From a virus (taxonomy: Duplodnaviria > Heunggongvirae > Uroviricota > Caudoviricetes), in IMG/VR virus record IMGVR_UViG_3300032070_000730: a DNA stretch of 38,887 nucleotides. One strand, given 5' to 3'. A program made the translations under genes and the position numbers. Below, piece by piece: positions 36,428 through 38,887 of the stretch (its first letter is position 1; the number at the start of each line of letters is the position of its first letter). The notes beneath the pieces are model-generated. The model was given only the letters and a program-made list of their open reading frames with translations. It did not search any database and was not told where the DNA came from.

Positions 36428-36664
36428 TTAACCCTTTTGTTTTTCTTCTAATTCTTTCCATTCTTTCAAATTCTTCTTAATCAAATCTAAAAGTGGTCTT
36501 AATTCTTCTTTATGCCCGCATTCATAGTGAGCATTGATGATAACTGCTATTATGTGCCAAAGTAAATTTATTTTTTGATGATTATTAAATTTGGATATTT
36601 CTTCATCAGTATCAAGAAAGTTCGTTAATCTATGACAAATTTCTGAATATTTTTCTTCTTTCAT
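36428..36664 (-). CDS. hypothetical protein
   Basis: Coupled ORF. Confidence 0.55.
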   Translation of the reverse strand: MKEEKYSEICHRLTNFLDTDEEISKFNNHQKINLLWHIIAVIINAHYECGHKEELRPLLDLIKKNLKEWKELEEKQKG

Positions 36665-37044
36665 GGTTTCAACTCTTCCTTTTCTAAATTTAAGATTCTT
36701 GAATTTAAATCAAAAATCTTTCTATAAATACCAATTTCATCCTTAAACTCTCCCAAAATATCATGTAAGTCAGATAATTTGATTTCGATGAAAACCAGTT
36801 TGTCTAATGGGGAATCTTCATCAAGAATCAACTTCCTTAATTTCTCATAATCAGTGATATTCTTATGCGGTTCTAATAGTTCTTCCTTAATTTTTGAGAT
36901 AAATTTCTCTAAATTGGATTCTGCGATTTTCTTATAGAATTCCTTATCCCTTTTAAGAGTAAATATAGTTGCTCTTATAATGGGCTTTAGACTCCTTCGT
37001 TTTATTTTTATCGTCTTTAATGAATCTTTCAATTCTTCTTTCAT
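36661..37044 (-). CDS. hypothetical protein
   Basis: Coupled ORF. Confidence 0.55.
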   Translation of the reverse strand: MKEELKDSLKTIKIKRRSLKPIIRATIFTLKRDKEFYKKIAESNLEKFISKIKEELLEPHKNITDYEKLRKLILDEDSPLDKLVFIEIKLSDLHDILGEFKDEIGIYRKIFDLNSRILNLEKEELKP

Positions 37045-37772
37045 AATCTATTCAGCCTCTCGACAAATTCTATGTATTTACTGCTTGGTAGTTTCGGAAT
37101 CGAAGGATTAATATTCGGGTTTCTTGTTCCCCATATAAACACATTAGCCTTCGGAAACTGTGTCTTGAAATCACCGAATGCCGTGAGCATATCTCCCGTC
37201 ACGTTTCTTTTTTCGTCGTTTCCAGCGATGCCTTCTCCATCGTCACCTCTCACCCACAAGTCAAGGATAATCGTATCATATTTTCCCCTTTTCCATTTAT
37301 CGTCAAATATGCTACCGAGATGTATCTTTGTCTTTGTTTTAGGGATTAAAGGCTCTATCAATTCTATGACATCTTGATTATATTCTACGACATCAATGCT
37401 TTCAACGTTTGGATTCTTTTCAAGATAATGAACTATGATACCAAGACCAAGACCGCCGAGAAGAACTTTGCCAGAGGAACATTCAGCCAACTTCTTCATA
37501 CCTATTTCATGTAAAGGGTCATTTAACATCACACCCTTTTCATTTATCTTCAGAATTGTAATCGGTATTCTTTTTTTTACCCAGAAAAAATCATAACCAT
37601 CGACACCTTCCATAAGATACAAACCTTCACGATATTCGTCTTTGCATATCTTTGCAGAGACAATTTCTTTTGATGGATAATTGGTCGATGGAGTAGTCCA
37701 ATCATCTGAAATTTCCAATATTTTAAACCCAGTTTTCTTCATCAGACATAAAAATTCTTTATCGATTGGCAT
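37041..37772 (-). CDS. class I SAM-dependent methyltransferase (spermidine-synthase-like)
   Basis: KVLLGGLGLG motif I, IDVVEYN, YDTIILDLW. Confidence 0.8.
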   Translation of the reverse strand: MPIDKEFLCLMKKTGFKILEISDDWTTPSTNYPSKEIVSAKICKDEYREGLYLMEGVDGYDFFWVKKRIPITILKINEKGVMLNDPLHEIGMKKLAECSSGKVLLGGLGLGIIVHYLEKNPNVESIDVVEYNQDVIELIEPLIPKTKTKIHLGSIFDDKWKRGKYDTIILDLWVRGDDGEGIAGNDEKRNVTGDMLTAFGDFKTQFPKANVFIWGTRNPNINPSIPKLPSSKYIEFVERLNRL

Positions 37773-37887
37773 TCAATATCAGTTCCTCTATATCTTTTTT
37801 AGTTACACCGAACTTGCCAGTAATCCAACTATGCTTCTTACCTGCATAGTGCCATTTCAAAATTTCTGTCTTTTGTTCTGGTGTCAT
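37759..37887 (-). CDS. 42-aa HTH-like peptide (not in ORF track)
   Basis: MTPEQKTEILKWHYAGKKHSWITGKFGVTKKDIEEL. Confidence 0.45.
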   Translation of the reverse strand: MTPEQKTEILKWHYAGKKHSWITGKFGVTKKDIEELILNANR

Positions 37888-38739
37888 TTATTTCATCTCT
37901 TCCAAAACTTCGAGTAGTGATTCAAAATATTTAATTTGTTCTTTCTTCTTTTTTTCAGGTAAATTTTTCCATCTAATTGCTTCTTTTAATGTATTCATTT
38001 GTTTTTTTGTTATTATGGGTCTTATTTTATCAAAGAAATCTTCTCCATCCATATTATAATACAAAATTTTAGTTCCACTTTTTTTAATTTCTATTCCAGA
38101 ATCTATATTATCATTTCCAGTTTTCCATCCAAAAAAAGCCATCGCATTTCTTACTTTTCTTAAAAATCGAGAATCTTCATGTTTAAATCCAATCCTTTCT
38201 CCTATGCCCTGTAAATTTTTATCCTTTTTTATATAATAAAATCCAAATCCTATCCACACTTTTCTTATAAAATTAGCAACTTCTTCTTCGGATAAATTAA
38301 TTTTTTGAAAATTTATAGTTTTGAATTCTCTTAAAATAATTCCATTTTTTGTTATGCTCAATACAAATAATCTATATTTTGGATGGAATTTTTTATTATT
38401 TGAAATTTTTTTTATAACTGAAATTATTTCCTTTAAAACATCTTCATCTTCTATGAGTGCTTCTTTACCTGTTCTTAAATTTTTATCATATTTATCGATT
38501 AAAATTTCAACTAAACATAATCTATTATGATAATCTATTGCAACTATATCAGGTTTTTTTAATAGTTTCCCAAATCCCAGAAAACCTTCAGAATTTAATT
38601 TTTTCATTCCCTTTTCAAGGAAATCAGGATTATTATAATAATATTCAACACTTTTCTCATGTCTCAAAATGCGGGGGAATCTAAAAAAATCTTCTCCCTT
38701 AATTTTTCTTTTTCTTATAGATTCTAACATATTAATCAC
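37888..38739 (-). CDS. putative nuclease (PD-(D/E)xK-like N-terminal part, LAGLIDADG-like C-terminal part)
   Basis: KPDIVAID...LVEI; C-terminal pattern only suggestive. Confidence 0.45.
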   Translation of the reverse strand: MINMLESIRKRKIKGEDFFRFPRILRHEKSVEYYYNNPDFLEKGMKKLNSEGFLGFGKLLKKPDIVAIDYHNRLCLVEILIDKYDKNLRTGKEALIEDEDVLKEIISVIKKISNNKKFHPKYRLFVLSITKNGIILREFKTINFQKINLSEEEVANFIRKVWIGFGFYYIKKDKNLQGIGERIGFKHEDSRFLRKVRNAMAFFGWKTGNDNIDSGIEIKKSGTKILYYNMDGEDFFDKIRPIITKKQMNTLKEAIRWKNLPEKKKKEQIKYFESLLEVLEEMK

Positions 38740-38887
38740 TAAACAATAATAAAAAGATAAGTATTTAAACTTTATTATTTTCGATTAACTCGTAAATTAA
38801 TATTAGTCGTAACATAAAATAATACTAAATACCTTCAACTGCCTTCTTTCGCCCCCGTAGTGCCCGTAAAATTGACGAGAGAGAGAG

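Noticed and set aside
186-38684. Numerous antisense or alternative-frame ORFs in the track (e.g. 7692-7970, 16887-17185, 21712-21933, 37072-37377)
   Set aside because: Shadow ORFs of A-rich coding strands: Phe/Leu/Ser-rich with no RBS or motifs
38840-38887. GC-richer end with a GA run
   Set aside because: Too short and truncated to call a tRNA, att site or repeat

Overview
AT-rich, gene-dense window that reads as an archaeal virus or provirus (host group not determinable; DPANN-like is only a guess). Evidence: a repeated BRE/TATA promoter (AATTTTAGAAAWTTTAAATA), GGTGA/GAGGT ribosome-binding sites, many small membrane and secreted structural-type proteins, a P-loop ATPase and seven homing-type endonuclease ORFs. 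No replication or integrase gene is visible. Two systems are invisible or fragmented in the ORF track. (1) Five 20-31 nt bulge-helix-bulge (BHB) micro-introns in protein-coding genes. Two lie in a 54-aa coat-like gene (8548-8767) and three in the ATPase gene (13256-15579), which also carries a split intein with an endonuclease. Cutting each BHB at the canonical archaeal splicing-endonuclease position restores the frame. It also rebuilds a Walker A motif (GGTRTGKS) and makes the coat-like protein colinear with intron-less paralogues in the same window. (2) An 8.9-kb operon of 35 short unrelated ORFs, 34 of which start M-[V/A/S]-H or M-H, so after Met removal all would expose NH2-X-His-(K/R/T/L). 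This suggests a shared sorting, packaging or modification tag. All structures and translations were derived by hand and none was checked computationally.
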